Below are positions 12,595 to 25,000 of a stretch of DNA of 64,000 nt, piece by piece. Source of the stretch: Squalus acanthias (lineage: Eukaryota); assembly GCA_030390025.1 (NCBI GenBank), contig CM059432.1:47060001-47124000 (forward strand), in the 5' to 3' direction. The first letter of the stretch is position 1. Every line of letters starts with the position of its first letter. Made by a program: the position numbers and the translations under genes. The notes beneath the pieces were generated by a model. The model did not search any database. It had not been told where the DNA came from and was given only the letters and a program-made list of their open reading frames with translations.

Positions 12595-13989
12595 GAATGG
12601 GCAATAAATGCTGGCCTTGTCAGCGACGCCCACATCCCATAAACAAATAATTAAAAAAAATTCCCGCCAATGGTGTGGCTGTCATTATCTTCCTCAGGGA
12701 CTACCCTGGACGGCCAGAGCACCCGCTTGAGTCAGGCACTCAGCCATTTTTATATGCAAATCGGGGCCCTATGACAAACATAAGGCCCCAATTGCTATAT
12801 TCAGAGAGCACTGAGCAGAGAGTGCACGGCACACGCTTCGCACAACATCAGCTGGTGATCCAACTGAAGAATTACCCAGCAGGCCCGTTTTAATTCATTT
12901 CTGTGGGGCCAGGAGGGTCATAGGTGCTCTTCCAGGCTCCACGAAAATAACCCAGGCCATTTCCACACCATCTCCCTACCGGTCTCAAGAATGAACCCCC
13001 TCCCCTTCCCTTCTGCACATAATTTATTTCAGGCAGAAGGCTGGCCGGATCATCTGATATTGCAACGGCCTGAAACCATAGCGGCCGGGGCGCTTTTCTG
13101 CTGCCTGCAGCTCACTGGACCTATGCTAATGAGGCCTGGTCCTCAAAATGGACTGGGCCACCCTTTGAGGGCTTCGACCAGCCAGCCAAATGGCAGGTCA
13201 CCTCAATACCGTTTGGGAGAGAAAAGCTTGTTCAGGAAATTTAATCAGAAGCGTAAGTTGTGCCAATAAGCCTGATTATTGACGACCATCATTGATTTAG
13301 GTGAAGAATACTCTCGCCTGGAATTTCCATAGGGTTTCTCTAGATCTCAACCTTGACTGATGGAGTAAAAGCCCTTTCTTTCTGAAGGTTGTTAGAGGTT
13401 AAGAATTTGGGCAGCCCTAACTCATTCCAAGTACACAGCATGAAGTGTTCTTAGTCAGACACTACAAAGATAGCTGACATGAAAAACTGTTTCACCTAAA
13501 CTCAGGTGCAGGGATAAGAACTGGTGCAGTTTGCCTTGTAGTCTACAGACCCTAACTTCTGCCCTGGGCCTGGGCGCATCTCCAGCATAACTACAGGAGG
13601 AGGGCTGGAAAATGGTGCAGAACCTGTTTCCGCCACGATTCCATCCCCTGGAGAGGAGGCCAGGAAATTCTGATGAGGGGAGAGAAGGCAGATCTTGCAT
13701 CCACCCCCACCGTCCATGTCAAGTGGGCATGTCTAAGAATGTTCCAGGGCTTCCCTGAAAATTCCATCCAGTATTCAACCCTAAAGGTCCAATGGGACCC
13801 AGCCAGCTGAGAGCAATTTTAGGTTTGTTATGGACCTTGGAAAGGCCCCAAAATGCTTGAAAGAGAAGGTAATTGATCTCAGAAGAGATTTACCACCTTA
13901 GAGGCTTGCACTGGTACTCCTTTGAGGCAAAGGGGAAATGTTTCCCACTTGCCTGCTCTACACAAATGGGCCTCTGTCTTCCACATCAG

Positions 13990-15530
13990 GGTTGGGCTGA
14001 TAAGTGGCAAGTAACATTCGTGCTACACATGTTCCAGACAATGACCATCTCCAACAAGAAAGAGTCTAACCACCTTCCCTTGGCATTCAATGGCATTACC
14101 AACAGCAAATCCCCCACCATCAATATCCTGGGGGTCACCATTGACCAGAAACTTAACTGGACCATCCACATAAAAACTGTGGCTACAAGAGCAGGTCAGC
14201 GGCTGGGTATTCTGCAGCGAGTGACTCACCTCCTGATTCCCCAAAGCCTTTCCACCACCTACAAGGCACAAGTCAGGAGTGTGATGAAATACTCTCCATT
14301 TGCCTGGATGAGTGCAGCTTCAACAAAATTCAAGAAGCTCGACACCATCCAGGACAAAGCAGTCCATTTGATCGACATCCCATCCAACACCTTAAACATT
14401 CACTCCCTCCACCATCGACACAATGGGCTGGATTTTGATACTGGGGCGGGTTGGGGTTGTGTCATCCGCATTTCGTGTTATCCACCCGACTGCAGTTGGA
14501 TGTGGGAGATTGATGCAATTTTCACTTAATTGGGCAATTGAGTTGCAGCATGTGGGAACCCATGAACCAATTAGTGGTTTCAGTCTGAAAGTCGCCTCTG
14601 ATGATGTCATCATTGCTGCTGCATTGCAGGTCAGAGACTGCCTGGCCTTTGCTGTGAGAGGACCTGGATGCAAAATGAGCAGCATCTCAGAGAGAGAGAG
14701 AATTTTTTTTGCAACCAAGTCCTCCCAGGCAGTCTCTGAAGACATTCCATGCAGCAGCATCAGAGGTGACTTTCAGACCTAATACTACTACTACCTTCAT
14801 CACATCTCCGTTGTAATAGTGGACCTGCAGCTGATAGTCAGCTATCGACTTGTGCTCCCGCCAGGTTTCACTGGCGTGTTTCACATCAGGCATGCTTCAC
14901 GCTGGAAAAGGGTTAAACTAGCTAAAACGTTTCAAAATGCCATTACAGAGCCAATTTAGGGCTTGTTAAGGGCTTTAATGGCCTCTCCTGCCTCTTGGAG
15001 GCAAGACGGAGTCGGGAACCCCGCAACCGATTTTGTCAAAATTGCGTGGAGGCGGAATGGAGTCGGGATCAGGTCCACCCACCACTTTTTGCTATTTTAA
15101 CCCCCCACACGCCTCCAAACCCGACTCCACGGGTCATTGAAAATCCAGCCCAATGTGTCTGCAGTATATACCAACTACAAGATGCACTGCAGCAACTCGC
15201 CAAGGCTTCTTCGACAGCACTTCCCAAACCCGTGACCTCTACTACCTAGATGGACAAGGGCAGCAGGTGCATAGGAACACCACCACCTGCAAGTTCCCCT
15301 CCAAGTAACACACCATCCTGACTTGGAAATATATCGCCGTTCCTTCATTGTCGCTGAGTCAAAATCCTGGAACTCCCTCCCTAACAGCACTGTGAGAGTA
15401 CCTTCACCTCACGGACTGCAGCAGTTCAAGAAAGAGGCTCACCACCACCTTCTCAAAGGCAATTAGGAATGGGCAATAAATGCTGGCCTTGCCAGCGACG
15501 CCCACATCCTGTGAATGAATAAATAAAAAA
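13990..15530 (+). mobile_element. LINE 3' fragment (same family as 6160-12655), split by a MITE
   Basis: WADKWQVTF...LKIHSLHHR-like stretch at 13990-14420 resumes about 15155 and runs to the tail. Confidence 0.85.
14425..15151. mobile_element. Harbinger-derived MITE
   Basis: TIR GGGCTGGATTTT / AAAATCCAGCCC, 3-bp TSD AAT; arms resemble ends of 7168-10421. Confidence 0.85.
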
Positions 15531-16598
15531 AAGATGATTAGGATTTCAAACCCAGTGAAATCAAATCTAAGGTATTAGTTAACCTGGGGGCAGAGTGGAG
15601 AACAGTGAATCATTTTCATTATTATCAAAATGAAAAAGAAAGTATTTTTTTTAAATACTGCTATTAGTGTATAATGAATATATATTAAAAATGCATAAAG
15701 GTCTCTCAAGAGCAGAGTATCTACCTCAAACATAATTTGCTTTCTTTCTTATTCCAATTTTCTCCCTTTCCTCTCCTCATTTTGTGAAAGTGCTGACTCT
15801 TGTTGAGGTACACCTCCACAGGCACCAGCAGCCCTCTGTTGCCTTGCCCATGTGGTAAATCTTTATGTGTGAGTATAGACAGTGAATAACAACAGCCCAT
15901 CTGACCATGGAAGACACCACCTCATAGTGAGCTAGAACCTATCTGCATCTAAAATTCACATTTGCCTAACTTTCAGCAAGGGTGATTATAATCATTAGGA
16001 ATGGAAACTCCATCTGATTTTCTTCACCATTAGGTCAACAGTCTGAAGCCAAATGTAGTACTCTTACTCAAGAGCATGTTTTAATAGATTGTAGGAAATG
16101 AAAAGTGTTTAAAGTGAGTTAAAACTACTAAGAATTAGTGCAAGTTTGACTTATAAACCACAGTCCTAAAGCCTAACTTTGGACTGAGATGTTCAGGATG
16201 TGCTTTTGTACAAATATTGGCCACTACAGCAGTAATTATACTCTACAACTGTCAATTATTTGAAAGTATAAGTATTGTGATATCCGTGGACAATGGGGTT
16301 GCCACCAGTCTGGTTCCAGGTGGACAGTCCATTTTTTGAGTTGACTGTCCAGAAATATCTAAATTGTCAACCAGACAACAGAGGTTAAATTCAGTCAAGC
16401 TAGATCAAAGAATTGGGTGAGGAGTTCAGCTCACTTGATTTTCCAGGGATTCATTTTAATCCACTCTCATCAAGTGAATCTGTAAACCAGCTGTGTAGAC
16501 TCATTCAATTTACCTTCAGATGTCCTATTTTTTGAAGCAGAAGGCTGTTTATTTTTCACATAGTTTGTGTCTTACGATGAAGGGATTGCAATTACTGT

Positions 16599-18376
16599 GG
16601 TCAGGATTTTGCTCATCTCAGCGGGTCCGGGGCGGGCGGCGTCAGTGGTGGGTCCCAACCCCGCAGCTGACTCCATCCCGCTGTCCAAAATGATTTTTCC
16701 TTGATAAGGTTTGTTAAGTCCACCCAGTGCATTTCCTGGTCCAATTAGAGGAAGCGGGTCTGATGACGTCATTTTGTGACGCATTATCAGCCAGTTTCCT
16801 TGAAGGGACCATGGACACCTTACTTTTGACGTTTGTGCTGTCAGTGTTCTACAGCATTGAAGTGCTGCAAACACTGACAATGACTGCAGAGAGGTGCAGG
16901 GCTGCACCCAGGTTCTCCCGTGACTCCCTCCATATGCTTATGGAGGGAGTCAGAGCACGCAGTGAGGTCCTCTTCCCTTCCGATGGGCGGAAGACACCTC
17001 CCCAGGAGATCAACACAGGCTGGTTGCACATTGCACAGGAGGGCACAAGCAGGGATGTCGACAGGAGGACCTGGGTGCAGTGGCGCAAACCTTTCAATTA
17101 TCTCATTAGATCACGAAACGTTAGTACAAAATCACACTCAACCTCATCCTGCTGTGCCTCTCATCACATCCCCATCACTCTGCCTTCCCTACCCTACGCC
17201 TGCACATCCTTACTCACACCAACTTACTTGCACCTCCACCCATCCCTCTCTATCTACATTATCACTTCCCCATCTCACTAGCCACCCCTCACACTCACCC
17301 TCATCCTAGTGTAATCATACCAACTAACAACACACAAGGGTAGCCACTTGGGTGTTTTATCCAATGTTCATGTAAAGTTTCTGTTAATGTGCTGTCAAAC
17401 ATTGAAATCTTTATTTTCAACACTTTGCATTCTTGGACAGATTTGTGTGCACCTTTGGAAGTGGCTTAGTGAGTTGCAGTGAATGGTGAGACATAACGGT
17501 ACCCCCCACAATGTCCATGAGTGTGAAAAGAATGGCTTGGGCATTGTAGGGATGCTTTATGGTGTTGGTGTGGGGTGGTGCCAACCTGGTGCATCATGTG
17601 GCAGCCAGGGTGTACAGCATCAAGTGAAGTAAATCTGGCCATGGTGAGGCCATCCCTGGCCTCCGGGGCAGCAATGTGCTCGGGTGCTGATGCCCTCTGT
17701 CCTGTGCAGCATCAGGTGATTGCAGAGAAGGTTGGTGTTGTTGTTGGTGCTGCTGGTGTGCCTGGTGCTGGTGCTGCTGGTGTTGGGGCTGATCGTGGTC
17801 GGATTCTGAGGACCAAGGTGAGACAGTATAAAGAGCACCCATGTTGATGGAGTAGATGACAGGTGAAGTACAGATGACAGAAGCATTCTGTCAATGGTGA
17901 GAGAGTTCTTCCAATGAGGTGATACTGGATGAAGAGTGGAAAGTGGAACGCCTGCAGAATCTGTGCTTGAAATGGACTGAGATACAGCTTGTGGCTGAGG
18001 AAAGTGATGATCTGTCAGGTGGGAGCTTTTACTGTACATTTTAAGCTGTCAAGTAATCAGCTGGAGCAATGGCCACTGAACTCCCGCCTCAGGTTGACAG
18101 CCATGGTCCCCGAACAGCGTGGTTCCCGTAGCCATGAAGCTAAAGTGAAAAGGTAAGTTAAAAAAGCCTGTTAATGATCTGTCAACTAGGCATTAATGAG
18201 ATTAATTGGGTCTCCTGCCGCTTCCTGTCGGGTCTGCTCAGCGCTGACAAACCCAACATTGGGAAAGGCACGTGGCAGCCGGTTGACAGCGGGGTCCCGA
18301 CCCACTGTCAAAAAAAATACTTTCCCACCCAACCCGCCACCGATCCCGCCCGCTGACCTTCCAGAAAATTCTGGCC
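16599..18376. mobile_element. Non-autonomous Harbinger (Myb exon 1 plus deleted transposase)
   Basis: TIR GGTCAGGATTTT / AAAATTCTGGCC, TSD TGT; AAPRFSRDSLHMLMEGV...WLHIAQE...RTWVQWRKPFN. Confidence 0.85.
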
Positions 18377-19028
18377 TGTGGTTGATAAGGTTTCCAATGA
18401 TTTTGTTTTATTAACAGCAAAGAAAATATTGAGTGTTGTAATTCCTCTGTGGGCCATTTTAAATACACTGCCTAACATTTTGACTTAAATCCATGTGCAC
18501 TATTATGATGAATCATTAACCCATATATTAAAAAAAATGTGTTAAAGACTTTATTAAATAGCAAACCCATAAATGTAATGCAAACTCAAAGCATAAACCC
18601 TTCCTGGCTTCCATCCTACTCCATGTCTAGTCTTGGATTTGGCAGTCACTATTAGGCAGTGGTCTCTGCTTTCTTGGTTGCTGACCTCAATTGTTGAAGA
18701 CTTTTGCCTGGTGACATCAATTAGCAGACTATACTGAACACTCTTCACTCAACTGAGTGACTTTTCATCCAGCCACATTTTGTGTTTCTATAAATGCAAA
18801 TAATTTAGCTACATAATAATGATGACTGTACTTCAAAAGTATCTCATTGGATGTGAAACACTTGGGATCGCCTGAGGACACGATAAATTGCAAAATTTTT
18901 CTTTATAATAAGTGACAACAACAATGAAACCTTTCCATAATTAAGCATTGCAGCTGCCAGGAAAAAAATGCTAAAATAGAAATATTCAATATGCTCTTGT
19001 TATTTTTTTGGCTTTTATTTTTCCCCAG

Positions 19029-19093
19029 TATTCAACATTCTTTGAATTCAGTGATCGACTGGAGTTTATGATGGAAAAAGCCTATATATACAG
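19029..19093 (+). CDS. CNGB3: CNGB3-like exon (human exon 9 equivalent, S4-S5 linker)
   Basis: ttccccag|TATTCA...ATACAG|gtaggc; 65 nt; [21 protein letters not shown](R). Confidence 0.92.
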
Positions 19094-22000
19094 GTAGGCA
19101 GCCATTTGGATGACAAAATCAATGTATGTTTTGTGTGAAATTCTTTAACATTAAAAATGGTATGTCTATTGAAGCGATGTTAAGAAATGCAGTAGAATAC
19201 TGCTTGTAACATATAATATGCTGAAATTTGTCCCCTTTTTTTAGTCAAAATAAATGATGTAACTTAGTTTCTTGTTGTGTAAATGCTGATTTCAGAAGCG
19301 GCATTGAATTATCAACTGAACATACTTTTTCAAAGCTGCTGACAGAAATGAGTTTCCATTCACCAGGTAGAAACAAAGATGCCACACACAAAATAAAAAG
19401 CAAAGAGCTTATGGCTACAGTCTGTCTCAATCTTTGGCGGTCTGCACTAGCCTCAATTAGTCTACATTAATTCACATGGCACTTCTCAGTTTGTTCAGTA
19501 TAACCTCACTATACTGTCATCTCTGACTGTAATACACCTAATTTGTTTTTGAAAGCTCAATATTGACCCACCAGGTCTGTATCATATGCCGCATACTTTG
19601 ATGAGTAGTCAAAAAGACTGTATTGTTTGCCTAGAATCATGTGCTGAGATTGAAGCCAAGGGACTGTAGCAATAGGTTATTGTTATTTTCATTCTTTGGT
19701 TGACATTTCACTCTCTTTGCCTGGGGAATGCAAATTAATTTCTGCCAGCAACATTTAGATTTTCATTTCTGTGCCAGGTTTGTAATATATGAAATAAAAG
19801 TAGCGATATCGAACACCAAGTAGTGAGAATCTGTTAGCAGCTAGGATTTGAATTGCAGCTGCATACAAAGCAGCCCAGATTTTCTGTTTATGTGGAATTA
19901 GGACACATCTTTGACATGATGGAAACCCCACCCATCACAAAGATGTGGCCCCTTGGCCTTGGTCAATTTTCCAGCCTCAGACCATTTAAATAATTTGATG
20001 GGCTTGCTGGCCTCCAGGTTGACCTAGGAGGCCTGTCGGCAGCATCGTATGGCTGGTGACTTCTGTGCTGCCAGCTGAAGATTACAAAACAAAAATGAAA
20101 TATTTAGAAATCATACCAAAGCCTATGCAACTCATCATCCTGCAGTCTATTGCACAGGCTTTCCAAATTTTTAAATTTAAATTCCCTCCCCCCTTCCCTC
20201 TCCCCGCCATAGCGATGCTTAGATGAAGGGACTGAGTGTAATGTTTCCAAGTTTGCTGATGATACAAAGTTAGGTGGGAAAGTAAGCTGTGAAGACGCAA
20301 AGAGGCTGCAGAGAGATATAGACAGGTTGACTGAGTGGGCAAGCACATGGCAAATGGAATACAATGCGGGGAAGCATGAAGTTATCCACTTTGGTAGGAA
20401 AAACAAAAAAGCAGAATATTTTTTGAATGGTGAGAGATTGGGAAATGTTTGCACTCAGAGGGACCTGGGTGTCCTTGTACATGAATCACAGAAAGTTAAC
20501 ATGCAGGTACAGCAAGCAATTAGTAAAGCAAATGGTATGTTAGCTTTTGTTACAAAGGGATTAGAGTATAAGAGTAAAGAAGTCTTACTACAATTATACA
20601 GTGCATTGGTGAGGCCACACCTGGAGTACTGTGTACAGTTCTGGTCTCCTTACCTAACGAAAGACATATTTGCCTTAGGTGCAGCGAAGGTTCAGTAGAC
20701 TGGTTCCTGGGATGAGGGATTGCCTTATGAGGAGAGATTGAGTAGACTAGGCCTATATTCCTTTGAGTTTAGAAGAATGAGAGGTGATCTAATTGAAACA
20801 TACAAAATTCTTAAGGGGCTTGACAGGGTTAATGCTGGGAAAATGTTTCCCCTGGCTGGGGAGTCTAGAACACGGGATCACAGTCACAGAATAAGGGGTC
20901 GGCCATTTAGGACTGAGATGAGGAGAAATTTCTTCACTCACAGGGTTGTGAATCTTTGGAATTCTCTACCCCAGTGAGCTGTGGAAGCTCATTCGTTGAG
21001 TATATTCAAGACAGAGGTCGATAAATTTTTGGGAACAAAGGGAATTAAGGGATATGGGGATAGTGCGGGAAGGTGGAGTTGAGGTAGAAGATCAGCCATG
21101 ATCTTGTTGAATGGCGGAGCAGGCTTGAAGGGCCAAATGGGCTACTCAGCTCCTATTTCGTATGTTCTTATGAATCTAGGGACAAACACTGGCGCTCAGT
21201 GTTACTCTGGCGCAAGTGACAGAATATTCATTAAATGACACATTTCTGTCATTTGAATATCATTATAACATGCCTATGCCCATATATAGGCAGGTGTATT
21301 GTACATCACCCATCACTTCTGGCAGGGAATTAGGGGGATGTAAAAATGGATGTGGACGGGGTGGAGCACATACTAATCCATTTCCTACATCTGCCTATTC
21401 CAATTCTGCCAAAAAATCAAAGTGGGAAGGTGCGAGATCCTGCCCATCATGTCCTTTACTCCTTCGCTAAGCATTCAATAACAGATTGCCACCCCCTAAC
21501 ATTCGGTAACAGATCCCAAAGTCCCTCCCCAATATGGGGTAAAAGATCCAGTGATCTTTTCTGACAGTTCTCCCCCAGTACTGAGTGACAGATAATAGCA
21601 TTGACTGCCAATATTGAGTGACAGGTCCCAATGTTCTCCCCAATACTGAGTGACATATTTCAGTATCCTCCCCCAATATTGAGTGACAAAACCTAGTGTC
21701 CTTCACCAAAACTGAATGACAAATCCCAGTACCCAGGAGTTCTAACCAGTGTTCCCTGTAAGCTGCGTTTTGTTCTGCGCGGCCTGTTTCTTTTAGTGCG
21801 CGGTCCCTTTAAATTTCCGCACATGAGCGGTATTTACAATGGGGAAACCGGTGAGCGGCCCGCGCGGAACCTTTCCCATTACTGCGCGGCCGTGCAGCTT
21901 AAAGGGAACATTGGTGCTAACTCATGAAATTTACCTCTAATAATCAACAGAGGTTATGTTGAGACTTTATAATGCACTTAAGAAGATAAAAACCGTAAAT

Positions 22001-25000
22001 GCTGGAAATTTGAAATTAAAACAGAAAATGCTGGAAATATGCAGCAAGTGAGTAACAAAGAAAGAGATAAGGCAGGTTTGTGGTGTAATCCTTTGTCAGT
22101 CTGAAACTGAAAGATAAGCAAGTATTTTAGAATGCTTTTATAACTCGGAAGTACGGGTTTCCCTCAGCTTCTGCCGAATTTAATGGCACAACCTGATTAC
22201 CATTTTTGGAATCCATTTCCCGGTCGCAGCCAGCCAGATTGAGAGACTGGCTGGCTGTCGGGCGGATAGGCCTGCGGCACCAGGCAGCAGCTGTGGAGTG
22301 TGGAGGAGGGAGGAGGAGGATTGTGGGTCAGGGGGCATCAATAAGGGGGCCTGGAGAGATCACAGGCCAGGTAGAAGATTAGGGGTGAGTTCGGGGAGAA
22401 GATTGCTGGGGGTCCAGGGAGAAGATTGCGGGCCATGGAGGACATCGGGAGGGCATCGGATTGCAGGACGGAGGGTCCCATTGTGGGAGGGGGGGTCCGA
22501 TTGCTAGGGAGGCTAACAGGGTAGCTTGGGGGGCTGGAGGAAGCACTCCCACTGGCCCACAAGCATGCTGGAAAGGCACTTACCTGTTCCATCCAGCAGT
22601 CCTCGCCTCCCTTCAGCTGTTGGGTTTCCCAAGGCCTGGGAAACCTGGTCGGCCAGTACTAAAGCTGGGAACAGAGATAAAATCTTAGGCACGCTGCCTA
22701 ATTAAAATATTTAAATGAGGGACCTGTCTCCTGAGAGCGGGTTGGTCACCCGCCCCCCGTCCCGCCTCTGTTAAAACCAGAAGTGGGCGGGTTCGAGGCG
22801 GTTTGGGTTCAGGCTTGAAATTTTTAACATTTTTACTTCCCACCCGACCCAAGCCCATCCATTTTTGGGGATTAAATTTACCCCCAATGTGGGCTACAAC
22901 CCTTATCTTTCATTATACCTTCCTTGAGGTGGTACATTCCATTTGCACAATGGTGCTCTACCTGTGAATACCACAATCTGACAAAACTCATCCCAACTGT
23001 TACAGTTAGATGAATCATTAGATTAGATAGCAATCTAAAAGCCAATACTACAGCCACTTTGTTGCAAAGCAAGTAGTTCACCATTAATACGAACTAGCAC
23101 ATATGTTTCATTCTGTTTACAGAGTTGCACGAACAACAGGATATCTGCTTTTCCTTCTGCATGTAAATGCTTGTATGTATTACTGGGCTTCAGAATATGA
23201 AGGCATTAGCAGCAATAAATGGGTCTACAATGGCAAAGGAAACAGGTAAAAGTTTCGTCAGATCCTGTTTGAGATTGTCACTGCAAAAATTGAAAAGCGA
23301 ACAATTAGCACGGCACACATCACTTTTCTAGGCCAATGATTATATTTTCACACTAACAGACAACAATTTCAACCTTTGGCTACATATGGGTGTGCTTTAA
23401 AATTCAAATCCACTGATGTTCTGCATTTACTGCCTGCATCTCTCTTACCTGCAAATGTGCGGCTCCTTGTCTCTGGCCTGCTACCCACTGCTCACCTACC
23501 CTGGCATGTTGTCCCAGAGGTAGAGTGAGAGAGAGGGAGAAGAGGGTTGTAATGGGCGGTGGCCTTTGGCAAAAAGCTAGTGAGACACAATATTCAAATC
23601 AAGTACAATTTAAAGAGTTCTTTTGGCTAGTTTGCAGGACTTCACTGAGCTTGAAACTACCATTTGTCACTAGAACTTCAGCAATAGTTTTATAATTTAC
23701 CAAAGATTTTATTGGTTAAATTCTGCAGTTAATTTCTTTAACATCACAATTATGTTAGCCTTCCATGTTAAAAAAAAGGATGGACTATTTTAAACCATTA
23801 TCCAATTCTCTGGATCAAAAAAGCAGTTCTCTAATCTTGGGGTCCAGGGGGGCGATTTTGCCAGCCCTGGGGAGGCAGGTATGGAGGCAGGACTGCCGGG
23901 AAAATGGCAAAATTTGGGGGCGGGTGCCCAACCCGCCCCCAACCCGCCTCCGTGCCATCTTGCCAGGAGGCGGGTAGCCGTCCCACGCCGGGTCCCGTCT
24001 CCTTGGAGGCGGGAAGGGTTAAAGCCTATTAACTGCCTGTTAACAGGTAGTTAACAGGCAGAAAATAGGATTATCCCCTTTTTGCTCTCACAAGTGCGGG
24101 CTTCCCGAAGGCTCCGAAACCTGCCAGGTCAGCAAAGTGAGTACTGGGTCTGCGGGGGTCGGGGGGGGTGGGGGCTGCAAAAGTGTGCTGTGAAGGTAAG
24201 TGCTGGGTGCAAGAGTGGAGAGGTGAGTATCTGAGGTAAGTGCAAAGTGTTAATAAAAGTGCACTTACCTTTGTTTCTTCCTGCAGGCTTTAGTCGGTGT
24301 GTATGCGGAGAGTCTAAGACCTCCGTGTTGGAGATGACAGATGGCCGTTGCATTCTCAGATGCAACAACCATCTCATTTCTGTAAAAGAAAGAAGTTTGA
24401 TGAGGTCTTGAATTCAAGACCTCATCAAACTACAGAGAATGTCACTGTTTGACAGCTTCACAGAGCTATCAAACGATGACAATTCATCTGTCAAAAATTT
24501 TTGACAGATGAAACGCCATACGTTGAGGTTTTCTGCAACCGGCTTTCCCTTAATTGGCCTGCTAAACCCGCTGGGCGGGCTTAACAAGGTCAATCAAGGG
24601 AAAATAGCGTGGGTTGGCCAGAAGTTGATGGAGGCGGGACTGAAACCCGACAAGTGCGAGTCCCGCCTCCAAAAGCTCCCCATTGAGAAAATCATCCCTC
24701 AGCTCTGCTGCTACAGTTTAGAAATTCCATTCATTACATTGCCTTCCAATCACACGTGGGTATCTGTGGACATAATGCAGAACATTCGAGTTAATCATTT
24801 ACTGAAGCAATTACTAGCAGGATTACATACAAATTGTTTGTTGTTTATATTTCAAAATCTAAGTCTGCTTGTCCTTTTTACGTTGCAACATGTATTTTTT
24901 CCTTAAGTGCTGCATTGCTTCACTTGCTGCATATGACTAATATATATTGCATTATTTCTTCTCTTTGAAACTGCACGGTACCTGCATTTTCTTCTCTGAA

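Larger units (their letters stand above)
6160..12655 (+). mobile_element. CR1/L2-group LINE (tRNA-like head, APE endonuclease, RT), split by a Harbinger insertion
   Basis: Endonuclease remnants [23 protein letters not shown] (about 6575-7160) resume at 10422; RT follows; tail CAATAAATGCTGGCC...A-rich. Confidence 0.88.

Noticed and set aside
12660..13800. GC-richer stretches that look like old MITE remnants
   Set aside because: Could not define termini, TSDs or coding homology.
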